A stretch of DNA of 10,591 bases, taken from the NCBI GenBank assembly GCA_041640455.1, contig JBEQAF010000075.1, positions 1 through 10,591 of the forward strand, in the 5' to 3' direction. The notes under the pieces were generated by a model, which was given only the letters and a program-made list of their open reading frames with translations, searched no databases and had not been told where the DNA came from. Below are positions 1-7,600 of the stretch, one piece after another. Position 1 is the stretch's first letter. Every line of letters starts with the position of its first letter. The translations under genes were made by a program, and so were the position numbers. The stretch comes from a bacterium (GTDB taxonomy: Bacteria; CALINM01).

Positions 1-1083
1 AGCAGCCGTTATTGTAAGTGATTTGCTAACAAAGCCAGATAGCAGAGGGGCTCCAGAGATAGATAGGGCTCCAATCATGTAGTATATAAATATCTCTTTA
101 TGATTTTTTAGCAGACCTCCCAGCTCTTTTAGTCTCTCTTTACCAGTAGAAAAGATAATGGCGCCTGCAGACATAAAAAGCAGTCCTTTGTAAACAATAT
201 GGGTAAATGCATGAGATATGGCTCCGTTTATGGAAAGCTCTGTTCCAATTCCAACCCCTGTGACCATAAAACCTACCTGACTGATTATGTGATAGGAAAG
301 TAGTCTTCTCATGTCAAGTACCAGAAAGGCATAGATTACCCCATAAACAGCCATTATGGAACCAAGGATTACAAGAATCTTGCTTCCTGCAAAGAATTTT
401 ATTAACACATAGACTGCACTTTTGGTGGTAAAGGCTGAGAGAAAAACCGAACCACCTATCTTTGCTTCAGGATAAGCATCAGGAAGCCACGCAGAGAAAG
501 GAGGCACAGCAGCATTTATGATAAATCCGAGTAATATGAGAATACCTGAGAGACTGTTTGTATTTAGTGGGCTGAATGCAAAGCTTCCCTGAACTTTGTA
601 ATGGAGCATAATCCCGCAAAAGAGTAGAAACCCGCATAGAAGATGAACAAGGAGATATCTTAATCCTGCTTTTTTTGATGACTCTTTTTTTGCATTCAAG
701 ATTATTAGAGTAGAAAATAGAGCCATTAGCTCCCAGAAGAAAAAAAGTGTCAAAAAATCTCCTGAGCACAAAAGCCCCACTGAGCTACCTGCATAAAGTA
801 AGGGGAAAAGGTCATCTTTTTTATCATCTTCATGAAAGCCGTATAAAAATCCCAGAAAGCTAATAATGATAAAGACTATAAAAAAGGGGTAGCTAAGAAC
901 GTCCAGGTTATACAATACTATCTTTTCTCGGAGAAAACTAAGCTCTATTGTCTTTTCTTTTAAGCCAAGATATGAGATAAAAGCAAAAAAAGGAATGGAA
1001 AGCAAAATAAGCTTGCCCACCCTTTTGGGAAGAACAAGATAGATAACTGCGCCAATAAAAAATATCAGGAAGGGGCTAATCAT
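1..1083 (-). CDS. mrpD: Mrp/complex I antiporter-like membrane subunit (third MrpD-like paralog), 3' end outside window
   Basis: Manual translation from ATG at 1083-1081 (overlaps stop of the 76-aa ORF) stays open for 361 codons to base 1: MISPFLIFFIGAVIYLVLPKR...GDFLTLFFFWELMA...GFIINAAVPPFSAWLPDAYPEA...FLSAFTTKSAVY...DMRRLLSYHIISQVGFM...HAFTHIVYKGLLFMSAG...GAPLLSGFVSKS. These are proton-antiporter (NuoL/M/N, MrpA/D) motifs. Absent from the ORF track because there is no stop in the window. Confidence 0.9.
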   Translation of the reverse strand, partial: MISPFLIFFIGAVIYLVLPKRVGKLILLSIPFFAFISYLGLKEKTIELSFLREKIVLYNLDVLSYPFFIVFIIISFLGFLYGFHEDDKKDDLFPLLYAGSSVGLLCSGDFLTLFFFWELMALFSTLIILNAKKESSKKAGLRYLLVHLLCGFLLFCGIMLHYKVQGSFAFSPLNTNSLSGILILLGFIINAAVPPFSAWLPDAYPEAKIGGSVFLSAFTTKSAVYVLIKFFAGSKILVILGSIMAVYGVIYAFLVLDMRRLLSYHIISQVGFMVTGVGIGTELSINGAISHAFTHIVYKGLLFMSAGAIIFSTGKERLKELGGLLKNHKEIFIYYMIGALSISGAPLLSGFVSKSLTITAA

Positions 1084-1306
1084 AATAGTCCTCATCCCTC
1101 TTAAGCCCAATTTTTTTCATAATTAACCCAACGAGAATTATCAAAAAGGATGCTAAAAAGCCTAAGGCTGCATAAAAAGCGGGGATCTTTTCCACAGCAA
1201 AATGGACTTTCTTACCCTTCATAATAAGCTCAAATAAAGCCAGAAAAACTGTAAAAAATACTGTGAGAATAATAGTTTTTTGCCTGATTTTTTTATCCCT
1301 TGCCAC
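1076..1306 (-). CDS. Small two-TM hypothetical membrane protein within the mrp operon
   Basis: 76 aa, GTG start 1 nt after the upstream stop, stop overlaps the next ATG. Two hydrophobic stretches and a charged C-terminus RDEDYYD. It fills the gap between two antiporter genes exactly. Confidence 0.8.
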   Translation of the reverse strand: MARDKKIRQKTIILTVFFTVFLALFELIMKGKKVHFAVEKIPAFYAALGFLASFLIILVGLIMKKIGLKRDEDYYD

Positions 1307-1307
1307 G

Positions 1308-2765
1308 CTAAACTCCTATTAAGGGGTAGAAAAATCCATGCACAAAAAATAAAACTATAGTGCCCAAAGCTGTAATGGAAAGGGCAAACTCCATAGATCT
1401 TTGTGATTCTTTAGCCTCAAGATGGATCTCTTCCTTAGGGGGTTTGAAAAATGCAGCATAGACTATGGGCAGAAAATAAGCCGCATTAAGTAAAGTGCTT
1501 ATGCCAAATATAGCAAAAAGCAGCTGATAATCTGAATAGGCAATGCCTTTTAAAAGATAGTATTTGCTCACGAAACCTCCAAAAAGAGGCATTCCTATCA
1601 TAGAAAGACTGCCTATGGCAAAGCAAAACATGGTAATGGGAAGTTTCTTTCCAATCCCATCAAGCTTAGAAATCTCAGAGATATGGGTGGTTACATAGAT
1701 TGAACCAGCGCAAAAAAATAGAGTTATTTTTCCAAAGGCGTGCATAATAAGATGATAAAGACTCCCTGTAAGGGCATGGCTGTTTAGAAGCGAAAAGCCA
1801 AATATTATGTATGAAAGCTGAGATATGGTTGAGTATGCAAGTCTTCTTTTTAAATTATCCTGCCTTAGAGCAATCATTGACGCAACAACAATGGTTATGG
1901 CTGAAAAGGTAAGGGCAATAAAATGACCATTAAATCCCGCAATTATATCTGGAGTAAATACAAAATTAAATACCCTGTATAGCACAAATACACCCGCCTT
2001 TACTACAGCAACTGCATGTAAAAGGGCACTAACAGGAGTGGGAGCCACCATGGCTGCGGGAAGCCAGGCGTGAACTGGCATTATTGCCGCCTTTGCCACT
2101 CCAAAAAGAAAGAAAAGAAAAATTAAAAGAAGCATCTCTACACTTTCGCTGCCGTCGAAGATGCCAGTTTCCTTATAGCTCATCTCGCCTTTAAGACTTA
2201 AGGTTAGCACAATGGCTGTAAGAAAAAATATGAGAGATGTGCCGATCAGATAGGCAAAATATTTTCTTCCTGCCTTTATTGCCTCATCAGAGCCTTTATG
2301 AGTAACCAGCGGATAGGTAAAGAGAGTGATTAGCTCATAAAATATAAATGTGGTAATCAGATTCCCAGAATAAGCCAGAGACTGGGTTGCAAAAAGAGTA
2401 AGGGCAAAATAGGCATAAAAGCTGGTCTGTTTTTTTTCCCTTAGCCCCCCAAGGTAGCCCCTTGAATAGATGGTAGTAATAATCCAGAGAAAGGAGGCTA
2501 TCAGTGAAAAGAGTATGGAGGCTCCATCTACTCTAAACTGAAGGGATACAGTAGGGGTTATATCCAGAATGTGGATAAATAAAGGTTCTTTATTTTGATA
2601 AAAGTTTTTAAATACTAAAAAAGCAAGGGCAAACATGGTGCCCGGTGCCAGAACTGATACCCCATCTCTGATATCTCTTTGATTTCTAAAAAAATATATG
2701 AGCGGTACGGCTAAAAGCGCCGTAAGAGGGATCATTAAAGGTAAAAATTTGTCTATTTCATACAT
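1308..2765 (-). CDS. Mrp antiporter-like subunit (MrpD-sized with MrpA/NuoL-type TM8 signature)
   Basis: 485 aa, very hydrophobic. Motifs FIFYELITL, GVAKAAIMPVHAWLPAAMVAPTPVSALLHAVAVVKAG, LKRRLAYSTISQLSY, HAFGKITLFFCAG, GGFVSKY. Confidence 0.9.
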   Translation of the reverse strand: MYEIDKFLPLMIPLTALLAVPLIYFFRNQRDIRDGVSVLAPGTMFALAFLVFKNFYQNKEPLFIHILDITPTVSLQFRVDGASILFSLIASFLWIITTIYSRGYLGGLREKKQTSFYAYFALTLFATQSLAYSGNLITTFIFYELITLFTYPLVTHKGSDEAIKAGRKYFAYLIGTSLIFFLTAIVLTLSLKGEMSYKETGIFDGSESVEMLLLIFLFFLFGVAKAAIMPVHAWLPAAMVAPTPVSALLHAVAVVKAGVFVLYRVFNFVFTPDIIAGFNGHFIALTFSAITIVVASMIALRQDNLKRRLAYSTISQLSYIIFGFSLLNSHALTGSLYHLIMHAFGKITLFFCAGSIYVTTHISEISKLDGIGKKLPITMFCFAIGSLSMIGMPLFGGFVSKYYLLKGIAYSDYQLLFAIFGISTLLNAAYFLPIVYAAFFKPPKEEIHLEAKESQRSMEFALSITALGTIVLFFVHGFFYPLIGV

Positions 2766-2767
2766 AA

Positions 2768-4228
2768 TTAGCTACCAAGTATAATTTTTACAGCCTCTCT
2801 CGAAAGAGAGATAGGTATATCGCTAAAAACTCCGAGAAATACTGTTAATAGAGATATTATTATCACTGGAACCATCATTGATACAGGCATCTCGGATATC
2901 TCTTTTTTATCAACATCACTGTTAAATGATATCTCCACCAGACGCCAGAGATAAATAAGACTGAGCAATGAGCTGATAACTATTATCGGGATTACAAAAT
3001 ATCTGCCTACCTCAATAGCCCCCAGTATGAGATACCATTTGCTTAAAAACCCAACAGTAAATGGCATGCCTATCATTGAAAGGGTAAGAATAACAAAAAA
3101 AGCCATACTATAGGGCATACGTTTTGATATCCCCTTCATATCATAAATGTTTTCAATGTTCAGTTTATAGAAAATCCCGCCAGCTATAAGAAAAAGACCG
3201 CCTTTCATCAGTGAATGGTTAAAAATGTGAAGTACGCTCCCCTGAAGAGAGGTGGCGTTTGAAAGAGATATGCCAAGAGTTATATAACCTATCTGCCCTA
3301 TGCTTGAGTAGGCAAGCATCTTTTTTAAATTTGTTTGAGCCAGCGCAAGGGTTGACCCAGCCAGTATAGCCACAAGCGATATTAAAAGAAATATCTGGTT
3401 AAAGGGGATAATCTTCATATCAAACTCTATGGTAAACACTGAGTAGAGTATTCTAATTAGCGCATAGGCGCTCACCTTTGTTCCCGTAGCGGCAAGCAAT
3501 GCCCCCATAGCAGAAGGGGCATAGGAATAGGCATTCGGAAGCCAGACATGTAACGGAAATAGTGCAAGCTTAAGCATAAGTCCTAAAGTCAGGAAGGCAA
3601 AGGCTGTTCTTACCATCTTTGAATGATACAGTGGCACTATTCTTAGCTTAATATCTGCCATATTAAGAGATCCCGTTGCCATAAAGAGATAGCCAATGCC
3701 AATAAGGATAAAGGTTGCCCCGATGGTGCCCAAAATCAGGTAGTTGTAGCTTGCCATAAGAGCATTTCTTTTCTGCCCCATAGCTATGAGCGTGTAGCTG
3801 CTAAGAGAGGCTATCTCAATAAAGACATAGAGATTAAAAATATCTCCTGTTATGACTATTCCAAGAATGCCCGTATAGAAAAGAGTGTAAAGGGCATAAA
3901 AGAGTGGCAGTCTCCTGTTCTCAATCTCCTTTTCAAGGCTCCGTTTGGAGTATACGGTAATAATGAAAAACATAAAGGAGATAATTATCAGGATTATTGA
4001 ATTCAGACCATCAACCACATACTCTATTCCAAAGGGCGCTTCAAAGCCACCAAAAAAATATCTTTCCGTTCCATAGCTAAAAATTTTTTTGGCTGTTCTT
4101 ATTACAAGAATAAAATTTGTAAAAGCTGAAAGCAGGGTAACGTAAAAAGGTAATTTTTTGTTTATAAAACCAAAAAGAGGAATTATTATGGCAGTTACCA
4201 GAGGGATCAGAATAATATATACAATCAT
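2768..4228 (-). CDS. mrpD: Na+/H+ antiporter subunit D
   Basis: 486 aa. Motifs GDIFNLYVFIEI, GLMLKLALFPLHVWLPNAY, ALLAATGTKVSAY, LKKMLAYSSIGQIGY, GFLSKW, plus N-terminal APFGIE; directly follows mrpC with an ATGA overlap. Confidence 0.92.
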   Translation of the reverse strand: MIVYIILIPLVTAIIIPLFGFINKKLPFYVTLLSAFTNFILVIRTAKKIFSYGTERYFFGGFEAPFGIEYVVDGLNSIILIIISFMFFIITVYSKRSLEKEIENRRLPLFYALYTLFYTGILGIVITGDIFNLYVFIEIASLSSYTLIAMGQKRNALMASYNYLILGTIGATFILIGIGYLFMATGSLNMADIKLRIVPLYHSKMVRTAFAFLTLGLMLKLALFPLHVWLPNAYSYAPSAMGALLAATGTKVSAYALIRILYSVFTIEFDMKIIPFNQIFLLISLVAILAGSTLALAQTNLKKMLAYSSIGQIGYITLGISLSNATSLQGSVLHIFNHSLMKGGLFLIAGGIFYKLNIENIYDMKGISKRMPYSMAFFVILTLSMIGMPFTVGFLSKWYLILGAIEVGRYFVIPIIVISSLLSLIYLWRLVEISFNSDVDKKEISEMPVSMMVPVIIISLLTVFLGVFSDIPISLSREAVKIILGS

Positions 4229-4608
4229 TGGTTGTTTCCACTCTGATTTTCATCGTTTGCGAGTGTTTCCAGAATTTTATTCTCCTCTACGGTGCGAAAA
4301 CAGTTGTAAATTCTTATTATGATTGACAGTGCTACTGCTGTGGTGCTGATGGAAACCACTATGGCAGTAAGAATGAGCACATGAGGGATGGGATTGTCAT
4401 AAATAACTGCCTTCTCCCAGAATATGGGGGCTGTTCCACCTTTTACCTTCCCCATGGAGATATAAAACAGAAATACTGATACCTGAAAGATGTTCATCCC
4501 GATAATTTTTTTAATAAGATTTTTTTTGGCAATCATGCCATACATACCGATCATCATAAGGAGGATGGAAGCCCAGTAGTTAAATTTAGAAAGTATAAAA
4601 TCAGACAT
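4225..4608 (-). CDS. mrpC: Na+/H+ antiporter subunit C (NuoK-like)
   Basis: 127 aa, three TM. NLIKKIIGMNI and NPIPHVLILTAIVV (family motif DPxPQALxLTAIVI). Confidence 0.92.
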   Translation of the reverse strand: MSDFILSKFNYWASILLMMIGMYGMIAKKNLIKKIIGMNIFQVSVFLFYISMGKVKGGTAPIFWEKAVIYDNPIPHVLILTAIVVSISTTAVALSIIIRIYNCFRTVEENKILETLANDENQSGNNQ

Positions 4609-5011
4609 CCTTTTTCCTTGCTATATCAAATATAAAAACTACCATCACAGCCGATACTGTTATTGCTACCCCAGTTTCAATGGCAAAAATGCCCAGATGT
4701 GCCGCCAGATGGGGGTTTTTAAAAGGTAGCTTCGTGTACTCGAGATATTCTCCACCAAAGACAATGCAAAGAATACCAACACCTGCGTAAATCAGAACAC
4801 CAAGAGAGCCAAGAAAATCAGTTATTTTTAAAGGTAGAAGCCTTTTCCCTTTCTCCATTCCGAAAACAATTATATAGAGAATTATGGATGTACCGAATAT
4901 AACACCACCCTGGAAACCACCGCCAGGACCGAGATCCCCATGGGCAACCACATAGAGCGCATAGAGCTGAATAAAGGGGATCATCTTTCTGGTTATAAAC
5001 TCTATAATCAT
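4601..5011 (-). CDS. mrpB: Na+/H+ antiporter subunit B (MnhB domain)
   Basis: 136 aa with HGDLGPGGGFQGG (MnhB PGGGF motif) and C-terminal IETGV; TAATG overlap with the upstream gene. Confidence 0.9.
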   Translation of the reverse strand: MIIEFITRKMIPFIQLYALYVVAHGDLGPGGGFQGGVIFGTSIILYIIVFGMEKGKRLLPLKITDFLGSLGVLIYAGVGILCIVFGGEYLEYTKLPFKNPHLAAHLGIFAIETGVAITVSAVMVVFIFDIARKKDV

Positions 5012-5544
5012 TACAGCTCCTTTCGCCTCAAAAGTATAACCACCGATATGCCTGCGGTTAGAATTACCGTTGTTTCGCCTAAGGTATCATAGCCTCTATA
5101 GCTGGCAAGTATGGATGTAACAAAGTTTTTGATTCCCAGTTCTGGCACGGAGCCATAAATATATCTCGGAGCAAGCACTGTGTTCACAGGCGCCTCAATG
5201 TCTCCGAAAGGAGGCATGTCAAAGGTACCATAAGCAAGTACAAGTCCTGTCAGGATAACAATAAAAAGTGAGATTATTTTATAAAAATCAAATCTTTTTC
5301 TCCCCTGCCCTACCTCCTCTTCTCTTTTTGTTCTGCTTATTGCGGCAAGAAAGATTACCGTTGATACTCCAGCACCTACCGAAGCCTCAGTAAAAGCCAC
5401 ATCCACAGCGTTTAATCTGGTCCACAGAATGGTCATCATCAGACTGAAGCCGCTCAAAATTATTATGGAGCTTAATAGATCCTTTTCTCTGACCGAGTAG
5501 ATGGCAAAAATAATTAAAAGTATTAAGAGAAATACATCAAACAT
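5011..5544 (-). CDS. DUF4040 / MrpA C-terminal-like membrane subunit (stand-alone)
   Basis: 177 aa with AVDVAFTEASVGAG (DUF4040-type ApDvA.TE/Q) and NFVTSILASYRGYDTLGET (N.V..I..D/.R..DT..E motif of the MrpA C-terminal region and Mbh small subunits). Confidence 0.85.
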   Translation of the reverse strand: MFDVFLLILLIIFAIYSVREKDLLSSIIILSGFSLMMTILWTRLNAVDVAFTEASVGAGVSTVIFLAAISRTKREEEVGQGRKRFDFYKIISLFIVILTGLVLAYGTFDMPPFGDIEAPVNTVLAPRYIYGSVPELGIKNFVTSILASYRGYDTLGETTVILTAGISVVILLRRKEL

Positions 5545-5854
5545 TATCTTTATCCCTGCCCAATGGTTTTAAACCGCTTATATAAGCAGATTTAACAAGG
5601 GCATGAGTAGCAGTAGGGTTGGCAATCAGAATAAAGATAATAATAAAAAGAAGTTTCACACTTATCAGAGAGAGTCCCTCATATACCATTAGCCCTATAA
5701 GCACCATTATCTGACCGAGCGTATCGGCTTTTCCAGCAGGATGAACTCTTGTGTAAAAGTCAGGAAGTCTTACAATCCCTATTGAAGCTACTACTATGAA
5801 AAAACAGCCTGAGAAAACAAAAAAACCAGCAATAATCTCACGAAATATACTCAT
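5537..5854 (-). CDS. mrpG: Na+/H+ antiporter subunit G
   Basis: 105 aa. GIVRLPDFYTRVHPAGKADTLG and NPTATH motifs. Confidence 0.93.
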   Translation of the reverse strand: MSIFREIIAGFFVFSGCFFIVVASIGIVRLPDFYTRVHPAGKADTLGQIMVLIGLMVYEGLSLISVKLLFIIIFILIANPTATHALVKSAYISGLKPLGRDKDNV

Positions 5855-6105
5855 CCCAGCTTTCCCGTTGCTCTGTATTTTAAAAATGCAATGGTTGCCA
5901 CAAAGTTTATAAGGGCATACAGAAGCGCGATGTCGAGAAAATGCGGTCTTTCGTAGGCAAAACCTATTAATGCAAGGATTATAACTGCCTTTGTGCCGAT
6001 AAAATTAATGGCAAGCATGCGGTCAAAAACTCTTGGTCCCTTGAGAGCTCTGTAGACCACCAGAAAGGCAGCCAGAATTAGCAAAAGTAGCGCTGTATCA
6101 AACAC
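5851..6105 (-). CDS. mrpF: Na+/H+ antiporter subunit F
   Basis: 84 aa, GTG start, three TM. YRALKGPRVFDRMLA and LDIALLYALINFVAT..AF.KY motifs. Confidence 0.92.
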   Translation of the reverse strand: MFDTALLLLILAAFLVVYRALKGPRVFDRMLAINFIGTKAVIILALIGFAYERPHFLDIALLYALINFVATIAFLKYRATGKLG

Positions 6106-6574
6106 CCTCTATCTCCATAATCTTTTTTTCCATCTCACCCTCCAGAAGAGATTCTGCATATTTTGATGACAGTGCGTGTACCAGAAACTCGCCTTTTTTG
6201 TTCACCTCAATGGTTACAGTTCCCGGCGTGAGAGTGATGGAGTTTGCATAGGTTACAATACAGAACTCCGATTTAAGTCTTGTCTTAAAATTAAAAATTA
6301 CAGGATCGATAGGAAGCCTGGGATGCAAAACCCGGTAAACCACATCAATATTTGAAAGGATTACTTGCCATAAAAGATAGGGAATATATTTGAGAAACCT
6401 TAGATATCGTATTAAGCTTTTTCTAAGCTCGCCTTCAGATATTAATAGGTCTCCAGAAAGATAGGCAACAAAAAGGCTTGATATTACACCAGAAGAGATT
6501 AAGATTAAATTGGTCTCCCCTGAAAGCAAAAACCAGAAGCAGAATAATAAGATAGTTACAATGAAAAATCTCAT
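6098..6574 (-). CDS. mrpE: Na+/H+ antiporter subunit E
   Basis: 158 aa. FWFLLSG, SNIDVV, ANSITLTPGTVT and LVHAL motifs; first gene of the operon. Confidence 0.93.
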   Translation of the reverse strand: MRFFIVTILLFCFWFLLSGETNLILISSGVISSLFVAYLSGDLLISEGELRKSLIRYLRFLKYIPYLLWQVILSNIDVVYRVLHPRLPIDPVIFNFKTRLKSEFCIVTYANSITLTPGTVTIEVNKKGEFLVHALSSKYAESLLEGEMEKKIMEIEGV

Positions 6575-6586
6575 AACACTGTTTTA

Positions 6587-6615
6587 AATTTACCCTATGT
6601 TTTTTTACTTGTCAA
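6587..6615 (-). promoter_or_regulatory. Putative sigma70 promoter of the mrp operon
   Basis: Minus strand reads TTGACA (6615-6610), 17-nt spacer, TAAATT (6592-6587): perfect -35, near-consensus -10. Confidence 0.6.
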
Positions 6616-6688
6616 TACAATATGGATATTTTGTAGATATTTACTACCAGTTAACATTTTTTTAGATTTTGACGATAAAAAATTAATC

Positions 6689-6717
6689 TTGTCTACGTTT
6701 TTAAAAAAGCATAGAAT
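6689..6717 (+). promoter_or_regulatory. Putative sigma70 promoter of the kinase-like/transporter/mtgA unit
   Basis: TTGTCT (6689-6694), 17-nt spacer, TAGAAT (6712-6717), about 30 nt upstream of the ATG at 6749. Confidence 0.5.
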
Positions 6718-6737
6718 TTGGAAATTAAACTAATTCA

Positions 6738-6743
6738 GGGAGG
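6738..6743 (+). promoter_or_regulatory. Shine-Dalgarno site
   Basis: GGGAGG 5 nt upstream of ATG 6749. Confidence 0.8.
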
Positions 6744-6748
6744 AAGAA

Positions 6749-7582
6749 ATGGCAATTATTACGATCTCAAGACCCTATGGCTCTGGAGGAACTCTTTTTG
6801 CAAAGGAGCTTTCGGAAAGGCTGGGCTATACATATGTGGATAAGTCTTATTGCAGTATAATCGGTGATGAGGTAAAGCACTGTCTTGAATATTTTGGTGA
6901 TGAGGAAGAGGTGGCGCCAGAGCTCATTGAGAGGGTATCTGCCCTGATGAGTAACAAAAACTTTTATAAGGTCAATCTTTTAGCCACCATATACAGTCTT
7001 TCATTAAAAAATAATGTAATTTTTGTCGGAAGAGGCGCCAATATTATTCTTGAAAATATCCCTAATGTTTTGAGCCTTCAGATAGTGGGAAGTCTTGAAG
7101 AAAGAGTAAAGGCTATTTCGGAAGTTAAGAATCTGAATTATGACGATGCGCTTAATCTTATTCAGAAGATGGACAATGAAAAGAGAAAGTTTATTGAATA
7201 CTATTTTGACAGAGATATCTTTGACCCCACCCTTTACCATTTTATTATAAACCTGAGCCATGTTCCCCTTAATAATGCGTTGGAGACCATAGAAAACTAT
7301 GTTAAAAAATATTTTTCACAGGAAGATTTCGATAAATCTGTTCCTATATTAAAATGCAAGCTCATAGAAAAAAGGGCTGAGATAATCCTTTTTGGACTGG
7401 GTATTACCCATAATGCCAAAGTAAATTTTTTTATGAAAGAAGATGGAACTCTTTTAGTTAAGGGTATAGTAAGCTCTGAAAATGAGAAGAAAAAGATATT
7501 TAAAGCTTTGGAGCATATCGAAGAAGTCAAAAAGATAGAAGATAATCTAAAAACTGGCATTTTATCAAGAATGATTTATTAA
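6749..7582 (+). CDS. Cytidylate kinase-like family protein (Cytidylate_kin2 type) with probable C-terminal BON domain
   Basis: 277 aa. N-terminal IITISRPYGSGG..FAKELSERLGY..VD, NVIFVGRGA, ERVK, D..KRKF..YYF...DPTLYHF.IN match the Cmk-like family. C-terminal ~65 aa (DGTLLVKGIVSS..EKKK....LEHIEEVKKIEDNL) fits the BON pattern G.V.L.G.V...V..V.N.L. Confidence 0.8.
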   Translation: MAIITISRPYGSGGTLFAKELSERLGYTYVDKSYCSIIGDEVKHCLEYFGDEEEVAPELIERVSALMSNKNFYKVNLLATIYSLSLKNNVIFVGRGANIILENIPNVLSLQIVGSLEERVKAISEVKNLNYDDALNLIQKMDNEKRKFIEYYFDRDIFDPTLYHFIINLSHVPLNNALETIENYVKKYFSQEDFDKSVPILKCKLIEKRAEIILFGLGITHNAKVNFFMKEDGTLLVKGIVSSENEKKKIFKALEHIEEVKKIEDNLKTGILSRMIY

Positions 7583-7600
7583 TATTTTTTTGGGGGAAGT

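Noticed and set aside
479..769. 96-aa minus-strand ORF from the track
   Set aside because: Alternative frame inside the real 1083->1 antiporter gene; no recognisable motifs.
1..1083. Pseudogene or non-coding gap at the left end
   Set aside because: Manual translation shows 361 uninterrupted codons; it is only cut by the window edge.
6721..6736. AATTA-AAC-TAATT palindrome as a DtxR/MntR operator
   Set aside because: Too short and AT-only to separate from chance, and it does not match the 19-bp DtxR-type box.
6575..6748. Na+/Li+ riboswitch or small RNA upstream of the antiporter genes
   Set aside because: The region is very AT-rich with no stable stems visible, and the predicted leaders are only ~6 and ~25 nt. 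An Rfam scan would be the definitive test.
6749..7582. Calling this gene cmk
   Set aside because: It lacks the Walker A lysine and the DGP.GSGKST signature and has an extra C-terminal domain.
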